DNA of 64,000 bases, taken from contig CANKZM010000007.1 of the NCBI GenBank assembly GCA_947488305.1, forward strand, positions 134,860 to 198,859, given 5' to 3'. Below are positions 37,727-47,078 of this stretch, piece after piece. A model generated the notes under the pieces. The model was not told the DNA's origin and made no database searches. It worked only from the letters and a program-made list of their open reading frames with translations. How positions within the stretch are numbered: the first letter of the stretch is position 1; every line of letters begins with the position of its first letter. A program made the translations under genes and the position numbers. This stretch comes from an uncultured Roseobacter sp. GTDB lineage: Bacteria > Pseudomonadota > Alphaproteobacteria > Rhodobacterales > Rhodobacteraceae.

Positions 37727-38200
37727 CTACTTGCCCAGCATCGCCCCGATGGAGGCTAGCCCAGCGTCATAAATCCCGCCGATTACGTCTTCCATGGAGG
37801 GGTCATCCGACGAAAAGCTACCGGACCAAGTAAGGGTCGGTTCCGCTCCCCGGGTGATTGCCATCGTGGCTACGTATTTCTCTAATGGTAGCGGCGAGCT
37901 TTCGATTGTGTAGGTGTAGGATATTCCCGGCTCCTCCGCGATGCGCTTTTCCACGAACTCTGCGCCGTCGGCCAGCGTTAGCACCCGGTGCAAGCCGCCG
38001 TCGATTACGCGCAACCGGCAGGTCTCTATCGCCGGGAGCCAATCGTCGATGTCGCAAAAATCCCCCGCCACATGCCAGGCCGCATCGGCCGAACTAACCG
38101 TTAACTTCCGCTCCACCTTGTAATTCTCTGCCGCACTGGCCTGTGCCACAACGGCGGCAAGAACCGTTAAGATCGTGAAGGCTGAAGGTTTCATGGTCAA
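37727..38200 (-). CDS. secreted SRPBCC (Bet v1 / polyketide cyclase-dehydrase-like) protein
   Basis: Signal peptide MTMKPSAFTILTVLAAVVAQASA, then ...AAWHVAGDFCDIDDWLPAIETC...YTYTIESSPLPLEKYVATM, typical of Polyketide_cyc2-type SRPBCC proteins. Confidence 0.68.
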   Translation of the reverse strand: MTMKPSAFTILTVLAAVVAQASAAENYKVERKLTVSSADAAWHVAGDFCDIDDWLPAIETCRLRVIDGGLHRVLTLADGAEFVEKRIAEEPGISYTYTIESSPLPLEKYVATMAITRGAEPTLTWSGSFSSDDPSMEDVIGGIYDAGLASIGAMLGK

Positions 38201-38565
38201 ATCTCCTTTTCAAAATTTCCGCTTTGGGAGGCAACGTCGCTGAAATATCTATGCCCGACGTTTTGCGTTGCCCGTTGGCCACGCGACGCGTCATCCGGAA
38301 CCATATCATTTCCCTGTTCAATTGTCGCTAGTCTGCAGGTTCGTGGTGGTAACACTGGATCCCAGCCGAGTAATCTCTGCCCGTGTCGGGAGACAGGCGG
38401 ACATCTCGTCAAGTTACGAAGTCGGGTAAAGAAGTGCCATTCTAAGAATGCTTTTCTAATGGTTGCAAGGGATTGAACAATAGGAAGTGGACACGGATCG
38501 TCTCGGACTGGGCGAGCGTTCACGCCGGACAGGCCGCTGCCGCCAGCAAAACGCTAGCGGTCGTT

Positions 38566-38823
38566 ATGGCCAAGGATAATCTGGAAGATTGCTGGTTCAA
38601 TAACTCCAACCCTCCCCTCGATGAAACGCAGGACGACGACAATCCTTTCGGTGATGATTGGCCTGAGCTTGACCCCTGTTTGACCTATACGTTGGACGTA
38701 ATTATCAGGGAAAATAACGTGAACGCCGCATGGGACTATTTTCAGGGTTTGGTGCTGAGACACGCCGGTTCTCAGTCTTTAGGTGCTGGCGCGCCACCTT
38801 CAAAGTTGTTTCCGTTGACATAG
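38566..38823 (+). CDS. doubtful small acidic ORF (85 aa)
   Basis: This is the only ORF candidate in a 570-bp gap. It has rare codons (AGA, AGG, TTA), no clear Shine-Dalgarno sequence, and overlaps the convergent enolase-superfamily gene by 52 nt. Confidence 0.2.
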   Translation: MAKDNLEDCWFNNSNPPLDETQDDDNPFGDDWPELDPCLTYTLDVIIRENNVNAAWDYFQGLVLRHAGSQSLGAGAPPSKLFPLT

Positions 38824-40004
38824 TCGCAGGGGTCTTCGCGCATCTCCAGATGAAGCCCTTCGCCAGTGTAGGGATTCGCGCGCGCTAGTTCTTCATCGAC
38901 GTCGATGCCCAGACCGGCGATGTCCGGGGGCGTGATGAAGCCGTCTTCCACGCGTATCGCGCCTTTGATCAGGGCGTCGTGGAAGGGTGTTTCTATCGTT
39001 TCAGCCATCAACAGGTTGGGAATGGACGCCGCAAACTGGATGTTTGCGGCCCATTCGATGGGTCCTGCATAAAGATGAGGCGCCATTTGCGCGTTGTAGA
39101 CCTCGGCCATGGCTGCGACTTTCTTCATTTCCCATAGTCCGCCGGCGCGTCCAAGTGCGGGCTGAAGAATGGTTGCCGCACCTGCGCGGAGCACTGGCGC
39201 AAACTCTGCCTTGGTCGTCAGTCGTTCGCCCGTCGCAACTGGAATGCGCACAGCTCGGGCCACTTTTGCCATCTCTTCGATTGCGTCGGGTGGTACCGGT
39301 TCTTCGAACCACAGGGGGCTGTAGGGCTCCAGCGCCTGACCCAACCGGATGGCCCCAGCGGTTGTGAATTGGCCGTGAGTGCCGAAAAGCAGATCAGCCT
39401 TGTCGCCCACAGCCTCCCTGATGGCCTTGCAAATGGCGACTGAGGTCGAAATATCGCTCATCGCGGGCATGTGTCCGCCGCGCAACGTATAGGGGCCGGC
39501 GGGATCAAACTTCACAGCAGTGTATCCTTGCCGGACCATTTCTGCCGCGGTCTCGGCAGCCATTTCAGGGGACGTCCAGAAATCCTCCAGACTGTGCTGA
39601 GGCAACGGGTAAAGGTAGGTGTAGGCCCTGATCCGCTCATTCATACGACCGCCCAGAAGAGCATGGATGGGCCGGTCACGTGCTTTGCCGAGAATATCCC
39701 AACAGGCAATCTCCAGACCGGAAAAGGCGCCCATGACAGTCAAGTCAGGCCGCTGCGTGAATCCCGAGGAATAGGCGCGCCGGAACATCAGTTCGATATT
39801 TTCCGGGTTCTCACCCGCCATGTGCCGGTCAAAAACGTCTTCAATGACGGCACGCATGGCCTGTGGTCCGACCGAGGCAGAATAACACTCACCCCATCCG
39901 GTGATCCCGTTGTCAGTGGTGAGTTTAACCAAAATCCAATACCGCCCCCCCCATCCCGGCGCGGGCGGGGCGGTTACAATGATGTCGAGGTCTTTGAGTT
40001 TCAT
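38772..40004 (-). CDS. enolase-superfamily enzyme (mandelate racemase / muconate lactonizing family, acid-sugar dehydratase-like)
   Basis: MKLKDLDIIVTAPPAPGWGGRYWILVKLTTDNGITGWGECY is the typical N-terminus of the D-galactonate/mannonate dehydratase-like subgroup. 410 aa. Confidence 0.86.
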   Translation of the reverse strand: MKLKDLDIIVTAPPAPGWGGRYWILVKLTTDNGITGWGECYSASVGPQAMRAVIEDVFDRHMAGENPENIELMFRRAYSSGFTQRPDLTVMGAFSGLEIACWDILGKARDRPIHALLGGRMNERIRAYTYLYPLPQHSLEDFWTSPEMAAETAAEMVRQGYTAVKFDPAGPYTLRGGHMPAMSDISTSVAICKAIREAVGDKADLLFGTHGQFTTAGAIRLGQALEPYSPLWFEEPVPPDAIEEMAKVARAVRIPVATGERLTTKAEFAPVLRAGAATILQPALGRAGGLWEMKKVAAMAEVYNAQMAPHLYAGPIEWAANIQFAASIPNLLMAETIETPFHDALIKGAIRVEDGFITPPDIAGLGIDVDEELARANPYTGEGLHLEMREDPCDYVNGNNFEGGAPAPKD

Positions 40005-40007
40005 ATC

Positions 40008-41105
40008 TCAGGTCCCGGTATCAAAAATGATGACATTCCTGCGGGCGGAACCGCTTTTGGTATCGGCAATGGCTTCGTTTATCTGATCCAGGGACCATCT
40101 TCCGGAAATCAATTCGTCCAGTTTCAGCCGCCCCTGCGCGTAAAGATCGGCCATCCATGGAATGTCGCGCTGGATCACAACATCCCCCATCTTTGATCCG
40201 ACCATGCCCTGTCCGATGGCCGCGAGGACAACAGGTTCATAGGTGGAGGTTGCCCCCGAGTGAGGCATGCCAACCATTATAACCTTGCCGCCTCGGCCCA
40301 GATATCGAGGCGCCTGATCATAGGCCGGGATCGCCCCGACGGTGACGATCACCGCATCTGCGCCACGCCCGCCAAGCGCCTTGATGGCCGCCTTCCAGGG
40401 CTTGTCCTGTGTCGCCAAAACGCCCTCCGTTGCGCCAAACTCCCGCGCTGTTTCCAATTTCTCCTGGCTCATATCCACGGCGACGATACGGCGGGCTCCT
40501 GCGATACGCGCGCCCTGAACAGCATTCAACCCGACGCCACCCGCACCGATCACAACGACGTCCTGTCCGGCCCGAAGCTTTGCCGCGTTCACGACCGCGC
40601 CAACGCCGGTGATGACGCCGCAGGCAATGAGGCTGGCCGCCTCTTTTGGGATGTCCGGGCTGATTTTGACAACCTGTGACTGATCCACAACCACCTTTTC
40701 CGCAAATCCGCCTGTTGCCATCGCCTGGTGTAGTTTGCCGCCTTCCGCAGTGGTGATTGGGCCCCGGTCGCCATCGTAGCCGGTTTCGCAGAGTGTTGGC
40801 ACACCACCTGCGCAGCTGCCACAAGTGCCGCAGGCTCTGATCAGGGTGACGACAACACTGTCACCGACATCTAGCCCTGTAACACCTGTCCCGGTAGCGG
40901 TAATTTTGCCTGCTGCTTCATGGCCGTAAACCGCTGGCAGGGAACCTCCCCAGGCACCGTCGGCATATGAAATGTCCGAATGACAAATGGCTACGGCGTC
41001 CAGGGTAACCTCGACTTCACCCAAGGTTGGCGGTCGAATGGTGATGTCTTCGATGACCAATGGCGCGCCGAATTCATGGCACACAGCGGCTTTTATTTTT
41101 TGCAT
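40008..41105 (-). CDS. zinc-dependent alcohol dehydrogenase (class III-like MDR)
   Basis: KAAVCHEFGAPLVIEDI, CHSD, GHEAAG, and Rossmann motif GAGGVGLNAVQGA. ATG 41105 (MQKIKAAV); the track start 41174 is rejected. Confidence 0.88.
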   Translation of the reverse strand: MQKIKAAVCHEFGAPLVIEDITIRPPTLGEVEVTLDAVAICHSDISYADGAWGGSLPAVYGHEAAGKITATGTGVTGLDVGDSVVVTLIRACGTCGSCAGGVPTLCETGYDGDRGPITTAEGGKLHQAMATGGFAEKVVVDQSQVVKISPDIPKEAASLIACGVITGVGAVVNAAKLRAGQDVVVIGAGGVGLNAVQGARIAGARRIVAVDMSQEKLETAREFGATEGVLATQDKPWKAAIKALGGRGADAVIVTVGAIPAYDQAPRYLGRGGKVIMVGMPHSGATSTYEPVVLAAIGQGMVGSKMGDVVIQRDIPWMADLYAQGRLKLDELISGRWSLDQINEAIADTKSGSARRNVIIFDTGT

Positions 41106-41202
41106 GGGGTGATTGTTTCCCTGAGGCCGTTTTTCGTTCTCGCCCAGCGTTACGCCTCGCCCGGTTCTGTGCAAGTCCCAACGCGACGAAATGATCGCAT
41201 TC

Positions 41203-42414
41203 CTATCCGGAAAACGACGTTAGCCGACGTCTCCCGGCAAATACAAACAACCCCAGTAGGACGAGTAATGCCGACAAGACAAACGGTGCTCCGGGGAAAT
41301 AGATCAGGGCGTCAGGGCCGGTGAAGGCTGCAAATGTCCCGGTCATCATCAAGGGGGACAGGATCATCGCCAAAGCAGTAAGCGAGGCCAACGCGCCTTG
41401 CAGTTCCCCCTGTGCGTCCGGCCCGACAGCTTTTGACATGATGCCCTGCAAGGCAGGCGTGATCACTGCAGCAAGGGCCGCCAACGGTGTCAGGATCAAT
41501 GCGATGGTTCCGCTGGTCACGAAGGCCAGCGCGAGAAAGGCCATGATGTCAAACACGTGACCATAGATCACCGTGCCGCGTTCGCCCAGAAGCCGCAATA
41601 CTGGCCGGATCAATCCACCCTGTACAATCGCCAGCATGATGCCAAAAAGCGCAAGGCTCATCCCGATGGTCGAAGGCTCCCAACCGAACCGCTCTTTGCC
41701 AAAAAAAGACCAGACTGCGGGATAGACGCTGAAGGCTACCTGATAGATGAAGAAGACGAGGAGCAGCGGGCCGAGGCCTGGCAGAGACTTCAGTTGACGG
41801 AAGCTGCCCAGAGGATTGGCACGACGCCATTCAAACTTGCGGCGATTTTTTAACGCCAGTGTTTCTTTCAGGACGAAATAGCCAAAGATGGCATTAGCAC
41901 CGGACAAAGCAGCGGCCGCGTAGAATGGCGCGCGAGTGCCAAACTCCGCCAGCAGCCCACCCATCAGAGGCCCGAGCACAAAACCTATGCCGAATGCCGC
42001 TCCTATCAGGCCAAAATTGGCGGCCCGGTCCTCGGGGGCGGAGACATCTGCCATATAGGCGTTTGCCGTGGCTTGTGTGGCCGACGTGATGCCGCCCACA
42101 ACCCGCCCGAGAAACAGCAGCCAGAGGCTGCCGGCGACCGCCATCACGAGGTAATCCAGCGCCATAACAACAAGCGAGATGAGCAGGACGGGACGCCGCC
42201 CGAAGCGATCAGACAACCCACCGATAACCGGCCCAAAGACGAATTGCATCAATGCAAACACGGTCGCGAGAGCACCCCCCCAAAGGGCCGCGGTGCTCAA
42301 GTTAACGGCCCCCACCTCCTGAAAGAGATCTGGCAGAACGGGAATGATCAGACCGATACCCATTGCATCGATCATCATGGTGATCAGAATGAAAATCACC
42401 GCTGGGCGCTTCAT
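41203..42414 (-). CDS. MFS transporter (TCR/TetA-like)
   Basis: MFS motif A GGLSDRFGRRPVL and about 12 TM helices. ATG 42414 overlaps the pcaB-like stop by 1 nt; the track start 42417 is TTG. Confidence 0.88.
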   Translation of the reverse strand: MKRPAVIFILITMMIDAMGIGLIIPVLPDLFQEVGAVNLSTAALWGGALATVFALMQFVFGPVIGGLSDRFGRRPVLLISLVVMALDYLVMAVAGSLWLLFLGRVVGGITSATQATANAYMADVSAPEDRAANFGLIGAAFGIGFVLGPLMGGLLAEFGTRAPFYAAAALSGANAIFGYFVLKETLALKNRRKFEWRRANPLGSFRQLKSLPGLGPLLLVFFIYQVAFSVYPAVWSFFGKERFGWEPSTIGMSLALFGIMLAIVQGGLIRPVLRLLGERGTVIYGHVFDIMAFLALAFVTSGTIALILTPLAALAAVITPALQGIMSKAVGPDAQGELQGALASLTALAMILSPLMMTGTFAAFTGPDALIYFPGAPFVLSALLVLLGLFVFAGRRRLTSFSG

Positions 42415-43739
42415 CAAAGGGCCCTTACGCGTGCCACGAAGCTGCGTGCGTCACTTGGAGCCTGACCCAGATTGGAAAGCGGATCCAACGCGCCCTCCGA
42501 TAGGTCAGGGTAGGCGTCGCGCGCCAGTGTCTGCAAAGGTGTACCCTCCGCCAAAGCCCGTGCACACAGGTCTTTGACCGCCGCTTGCGCTTGCGGGCGC
42601 GGCATTCGTTCGGCAAGCGCAAAACTCAGCGCTTCCGCCTGGACCAAACCCAAACCTTCCGTCAGGACGGCTTTCATCCGTTGAGTATCAGGAGCAAGCG
42701 ACTCGCTCAGTTTGACAGCGATTTGAATTGCGGCGGCGCAGGACAACGCAATCTGTGGCAGGGTCATCCATTCCGTGAACCAGGCCGCTCCGTCCCGTTG
42801 GTGCTGATGCAGTCCAACCGCATTCAGGGTGTTTTGCAGTCCGGAGGTTTGATGGGCGAGGGCGATCAGTGTTTCCGCCTGCACTGGGTTTTGTTTTTGC
42901 GGCATGGTCGATGAACCACCAGCCGCGTTGAACCTGACCTCCTCGACGCCGCTAGCGGCCAGCGCGCTCAAAGTCGCGCCCATGCTGCCCAGTGTCGATG
43001 TCAGCCCAACCATCCAGTCAACAATGCTCGTGATCGGCCCGCGATCCGTGTGCCATGACCGGCCGGGATCCCGAAGACCCAAACTTTCGGCCAGTGCAGC
43101 TCGCAGCGCCGGTGCTTCGGCACCCAACGCGCTCGCCGTTCCAGATGCTCCGGACAGCGAAACGCAGAGCGAGGTGCCGCGCAAGACTGGCAGCGCCTCC
43201 AGCGTATCCAACAGCGGCATACCCCATTGCGCAATGACTGCCCCCCAAGTGGTTGGTGTCGACACCCGCCCATAGGTGCGTGCGGCCATGGGGGTGTCCG
43301 CATGGGCGTCGGCCATCTGCGCCAGTTGATCCAGCATCGCTTTCAGATCAGCCTCCGCCAGCGAAAGCACCTGTCGCAGGCGCAACATCAATCCAGTGTC
43401 GATGATGTCTTGTGACGTAGCCCCCCAATGCACGAATTGCGCGTGTTCAGGCGCATTCATTTCTGCACGGAACGCATTGACCAGCGCCGGTATGCAGACG
43501 CCATTCTGCCCGGTTTCCTGCGCAAGCGCACCGGGATCAATTTGGATCTCAAGGCTCGCGCGATGAATCGCTGCTGCGCTAACTTCGGGGATCACCCCTG
43601 CTTGACCCTGCGCTTTGGCCAGAGCACCTTCGACCAGAAGCATCGCACGGATCGCGGCACTGTCGGAAAAGAGCCGCCCCGCCTCGCCTGTTGGAAAAAG
43701 CTGTGCATATAGAGGGCTGTCAAATACGCTTGCGGCCAT
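42414..43739 (-). CDS. pcaB: 3-carboxy-cis,cis-muconate cycloisomerase-like lyase (class II fumarase/aspartase superfamily)
   Basis: Superfamily signature GGSSTMPQKQNPV. The N-terminus SPLYAQLFPTGEAGRLFSD resembles PcaB. Exact substrate is not certain. Confidence 0.75.
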   Translation of the reverse strand: MAASVFDSPLYAQLFPTGEAGRLFSDSAAIRAMLLVEGALAKAQGQAGVIPEVSAAAIHRASLEIQIDPGALAQETGQNGVCIPALVNAFRAEMNAPEHAQFVHWGATSQDIIDTGLMLRLRQVLSLAEADLKAMLDQLAQMADAHADTPMAARTYGRVSTPTTWGAVIAQWGMPLLDTLEALPVLRGTSLCVSLSGASGTASALGAEAPALRAALAESLGLRDPGRSWHTDRGPITSIVDWMVGLTSTLGSMGATLSALAASGVEEVRFNAAGGSSTMPQKQNPVQAETLIALAHQTSGLQNTLNAVGLHQHQRDGAAWFTEWMTLPQIALSCAAAIQIAVKLSESLAPDTQRMKAVLTEGLGLVQAEALSFALAERMPRPQAQAAVKDLCARALAEGTPLQTLARDAYPDLSEGALDPLSNLGQAPSDARSFVARVRAL

Positions 43740-43742
43740 GAG

Positions 43743-44453
43743 TCATCCTGTTGCTACTTGATCCAGTCGCTTCGCCAGCCCTTCGGGGTCAGCAAAGAAC
43801 GGTGAATGTCCGCAAGACATGTCCTGTATCGAATTTTTGTCCCACCCATCCGTCATTTTGATCTGAAACTCTGGCGGTATCGTGCGGTCATCCCGACACC
43901 GAATGTAATGTCGGGGCAGGGCGGTCTGTTGAGGTGTGCTGACAAACGGAACGTTGGTTGGTGCGGTGGCCTGAGGGCACAGCCGGGAAACCGCATCCCG
44001 CGCGTCTTCGACCGAACAATCATGATAAAAGAGATCTTTGGCCATTTCCGCGTCAACGGTGAAGCTTATCCCATCGGCGCGCATTCGGATTGCGGGCAAA
44101 AGCGGCTGTCTGGGCGCCTGCATACGCATTTGAGCCAGCGACAACCCTTCACGAGGGACATAGGCGCAAAGGTAAATGAGTTTGGCGATCTTCTCCGGGA
44201 CCAGCCGAGCGGCCGCAGCGATGGCATATCCGCCCATCGAATGACCTACCAGCTGAGTGTTTTGACCACAAGCTTGCGCAATCGCTTCGGCATAGGCGTC
44301 CAGTGTAACCTTTTGAACAGGTGTCTGATCGTTCCCGTGGCCAGGCAAATCAATCGCCTGGACCTTGTGGCCATTCGACTCCAGAAATGGAATTACGCGC
44401 TTCCAACACCATGCGCCGTGGCACGAGCCATGCACGAGAAGAAATTCAGCCAT
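43743..44453 (-). CDS. alpha/beta hydrolase (esterase-like)
   Basis: FLLVHGSCHGAWCW and the nucleophile elbow GHSMGG. ATG 44453 has a G-rich Shine-Dalgarno-like stretch upstream; ATG 44468 is an alternative start. Confidence 0.8.
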   Translation of the reverse strand: MAEFLLVHGSCHGAWCWKRVIPFLESNGHKVQAIDLPGHGNDQTPVQKVTLDAYAEAIAQACGQNTQLVGHSMGGYAIAAAARLVPEKIAKLIYLCAYVPREGLSLAQMRMQAPRQPLLPAIRMRADGISFTVDAEMAKDLFYHDCSVEDARDAVSRLCPQATAPTNVPFVSTPQQTALPRHYIRCRDDRTIPPEFQIKMTDGWDKNSIQDMSCGHSPFFADPEGLAKRLDQVATG

Positions 44454-45249
44454 CTGCCCCCGCGACATGGCCGACTTCAGTTAGAAAATCGGTGAGTACG
44501 CGCGCGTACTCCTCCGGCTTTTCAACGCAGGGCAAGTGACCTGCCCGACGGATCAGGTGGAACTGACTGCCGGGGATGAGGTCGACGGTCTCGCGCACGA
44601 GGTCAGGCGGCGTGGAGCCGTCCTCGCTGCCCGCGATGCCCAAGGTGGGCAAACGCAGACTGGCGGTCGTCGTGAAGAAGTCGCTTCCGGATATGGCGGC
44701 GGAACATCCGACATATCCCTCGTCTTCCTGGCGGACCAACATGTTACGCCACAGCTCAAGTTCCGGTTGGGCGCGAAACTCGGCTGAGAACCATCTTTCC
44801 ATAACCGCATCTGCCAGAACTTCGATGCCGCCGTCTTCCACGTCACTGATGCGGGCATCCCAGATGTCCTTGGTGCCGATCTTTGCCCCGGTGTTGGACA
44901 ACACCATGGCGCGGATGAGGTCAAGGCGCTTGACCGCAAGTCCCTGTGCGATCATTCCGCCGATGGACAGCCCCACGAAGACGCAGTTTTTGACGGCGAG
45001 GTAATCCAGCAGCTGTTCTGTGTCGCTGATCAGGGCGCCCATCGAATAGGGCGCTGGGGGGCAGGTCGAGAGGCCGTGCCCGCGCTTGTCAAAGCGAATG
45101 ATCCGAAGACCTTGCGGCAGCAATGGCAAGATCGGATCCCAAAGCCGCATGTCGGTTCCCAGTGAATTGGCGAATACGACCACCGGACCGTCCTCAGGAC
45201 CTTCGACACGATAGTGCAGGGAAACGTCGTTGAGTTTTGCAATGTCCAA
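44446..45249 (-). CDS. pcaD: 3-oxoadipate enol-lactonase-like alpha/beta hydrolase
   Basis: LHYRVEGPEDGPVVVFANSLGTDMRLWDP...RFDKRGHGLS and GLSIGG. TTG start at 45249 has AAGGAG 6 nt upstream. Confidence 0.78.
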   Translation of the reverse strand: MDIAKLNDVSLHYRVEGPEDGPVVVFANSLGTDMRLWDPILPLLPQGLRIIRFDKRGHGLSTCPPAPYSMGALISDTEQLLDYLAVKNCVFVGLSIGGMIAQGLAVKRLDLIRAMVLSNTGAKIGTKDIWDARISDVEDGGIEVLADAVMERWFSAEFRAQPELELWRNMLVRQEDEGYVGCSAAISGSDFFTTTASLRLPTLGIAGSEDGSTPPDLVRETVDLIPGSQFHLIRRAGHLPCVEKPEEYARVLTDFLTEVGHVAGADG

Positions 45250-45270
45250 AGGTTTCTCCTTTTACGTTTG

Positions 45271-46257
45271 CTAGGGCAATTTGCCGCCAAATCGGGTCAG
45301 TGCCATTTCGAAAACTTCCGCATCCACATTCCCCCCTGAGATGGTAACGATGACATCATCGCCCTGTATCTGGTCTGGTCGGAAAATCGCTGCTGCCAGG
45401 GCAACCGCGCCACCCGGCTCTGCCACCAGTTTGAAGTGTTCAAATGCCAGAGCCATCGCGTGCAGCGCCTCATCGTCACTGACAACCATACCCGGTCCAG
45501 CGAGGCGTTGAAGGATCGGAAATGTCAACTCGCCCGGCGTCGGGGAGATGATCGCGTCACACAAACTGCCGGATGTTGTGGCGTTACTGAGCCTTTTGCC
45601 AGAGGCCAGTGAGCGCGCCATATCATCGAAGTTCTCAGGTTCGGCGGGCCTGACGCGCATCTTGGGCGCTTTAGCCTCCAACGCCAGCGCGATCCCGGAG
45701 GCAAAGCCGCCTCCACCGCAACATACGATGACATCGCCGGCATTGACTCCCATCTCTATTGCCTGTTCCGCAATCTCCAGCCCGGTTGTCCCTTGCCCAG
45801 CGATCACCTCTTCATTGTCAAAAGGTTTGATCAGGGTAAGGTGCCGTTCATCCGCAATCTGTTTGCCCATTGCGTCGCGATCTTCGCCCGCGACCCGGTC
45901 ATAGAGCACCGTTTCCGCGCCAAGCGCGCGCGTGTTCTCAATCTTCATCCGAGGTGCATCGGCGGGCATGATAATCACTGCCGGTGCACCGGCCTGGCGC
46001 GCCGCCAAAGCAATGCCCTGCGCGTGATTTCCACTGGAATACGCGATAATCCCCAGCTTTCGCTTTTCGGGCGAAAGTGCTGAAATCGCCGAGAGCGCGC
46101 CGCGGTATTTAAAGCTGCCCGTGTGTTGAAGGCATTCCGGTTTCACCCAGATCCGCCGCCCCGCAATTGTGTCCAACAAGGGGGCGTTCAGAAGCGGCGT
46201 GCGCCTGAGCTTGCCTTTGGTACGCTGCGCCGCCGCGCTGATCTTCTCGATATTCAC
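45271..46257 (-). CDS. PLP-dependent threonine/serine dehydratase family protein
   Basis: PLP-lysine motif HTGSFKYRGA and glycine-rich loop CCGGGGFASG. GTG start overlaps the upstream stop (GTGA). Confidence 0.85.
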   Translation of the reverse strand: MNIEKISAAAQRTKGKLRRTPLLNAPLLDTIAGRRIWVKPECLQHTGSFKYRGALSAISALSPEKRKLGIIAYSSGNHAQGIALAARQAGAPAVIIMPADAPRMKIENTRALGAETVLYDRVAGEDRDAMGKQIADERHLTLIKPFDNEEVIAGQGTTGLEIAEQAIEMGVNAGDVIVCCGGGGFASGIALALEAKAPKMRVRPAEPENFDDMARSLASGKRLSNATTSGSLCDAIISPTPGELTFPILQRLAGPGMVVSDDEALHAMALAFEHFKLVAEPGGAVALAAAIFRPDQIQGDDVIVTISGGNVDAEVFEMALTRFGGKLP

Positions 46258-47078
46258 TTCATCGCCTCGATCCAGTTTTGCAACGCGGCAACCGCTTCCG
46301 GCTCATCAAGGAACGGGATATGCCCGCGTCCGACGGCGGTCGCCGTTATCATGTCGGGTCGGCGTCGCATCATTTCATCCAGCGTTTTTGGTGCCAGGAG
46401 ATCAGAATTCTCCCCCCGAATACAGGCGACAGGCAACCCTTCCAGCGCATCGAAGAACGGCCAGAGATCGGGCGCTGCCTGTGCGCCTTGTTCTTCGACG
46501 GCATCCCGAAGTTTTGGATCATAAGTGATACTCAGGCCACGCTCGGATTTGTCGTAGTGTTTTACAGCTTCTTCCATCCAGCGCGACAGGGGGACGTCTT
46601 TGAAACCAGTCAGTCCACGTTCCATTGCCTGGGCCGCTTCAAGGTGGGATTTGGCAACGGGGCGTTTGCCCAGATACCCCATGATAAATTCGAGCCCCTT
46701 GGGATCAATTTCCGGCCCAATATCGTTCAGTGCAACCCCAAGAAGTCTTTCCTTGGCGCCGAAAGCCAATCCCATGGCCAGCAGGCCACCACGGGACGTG
46801 CCCAGTATCGCCGCCTTATCCAGCGCCAGGTGGTCAAGTAATTCGATGGCATCCCGCCCCTCCACGCCCAGATTGTAGTTGCGCCAGTTTTGGTCCCAGT
46901 CAGACTTTCCCCTGCCGCGATAATCCATTCTGATCACGCGTACGCTCGACAGATGGGGTGCGACATAGTCAAAATCCCGGGTCGTTCTGGTTAACCCGGC
47001 AAGGCAAAGCACCGGCACGCCGTCGCCCTCGTCCGTGTAGTGAAGTGATAGGCCGTCGGTTGTTTCGAACTTCGGCAT
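46254..47078 (-). CDS. alpha/beta hydrolase
   Basis: MPKFETTDGLSLHYTDEGDGVPVLCLAG and the nucleophile elbow GTSRGG. ATG 47078 overlaps the HAD gene stop by 1 nt; the track start 47141 is rejected. Confidence 0.82.
   Translation of the reverse strand: MPKFETTDGLSLHYTDEGDGVPVLCLAGLTRTTRDFDYVAPHLSSVRVIRMDYRGRGKSDWDQNWRNYNLGVEGRDAIELLDHLALDKAAILGTSRGGLLAMGLAFGAKERLLGVALNDIGPEIDPKGLEFIMGYLGKRPVAKSHLEAAQAMERGLTGFKDVPLSRWMEEAVKHYDKSERGLSITYDPKLRDAVEEQGAQAAPDLWPFFDALEGLPVACIRGENSDLLAPKTLDEMMRRRPDMITATAVGRGHIPFLDEPEAVAALQNWIEAMK

Noticed and set aside
38330-38410. Possible cobalamin riboswitch (CGGGAGACAGGCGG vaguely like a B12 box), considered because a MetE-like gene is nearby.
   Set aside because: The other conserved elements (the GCCACTG-type core and paired stems) are absent. 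No plausible regulated gene follows on either strand. The MetE-like gene is 1.3 kb away and upstream.
42414-45249. Calling this a canonical beta-ketoadipate (pca) operon.
   Set aside because: pcaC, pcaHG, pcaIJ and pcaF are all absent from the window, and an unrelated hydrolase occupies the pcaC position. I kept only 'pcaB-like' and 'pcaD-like' family calls.
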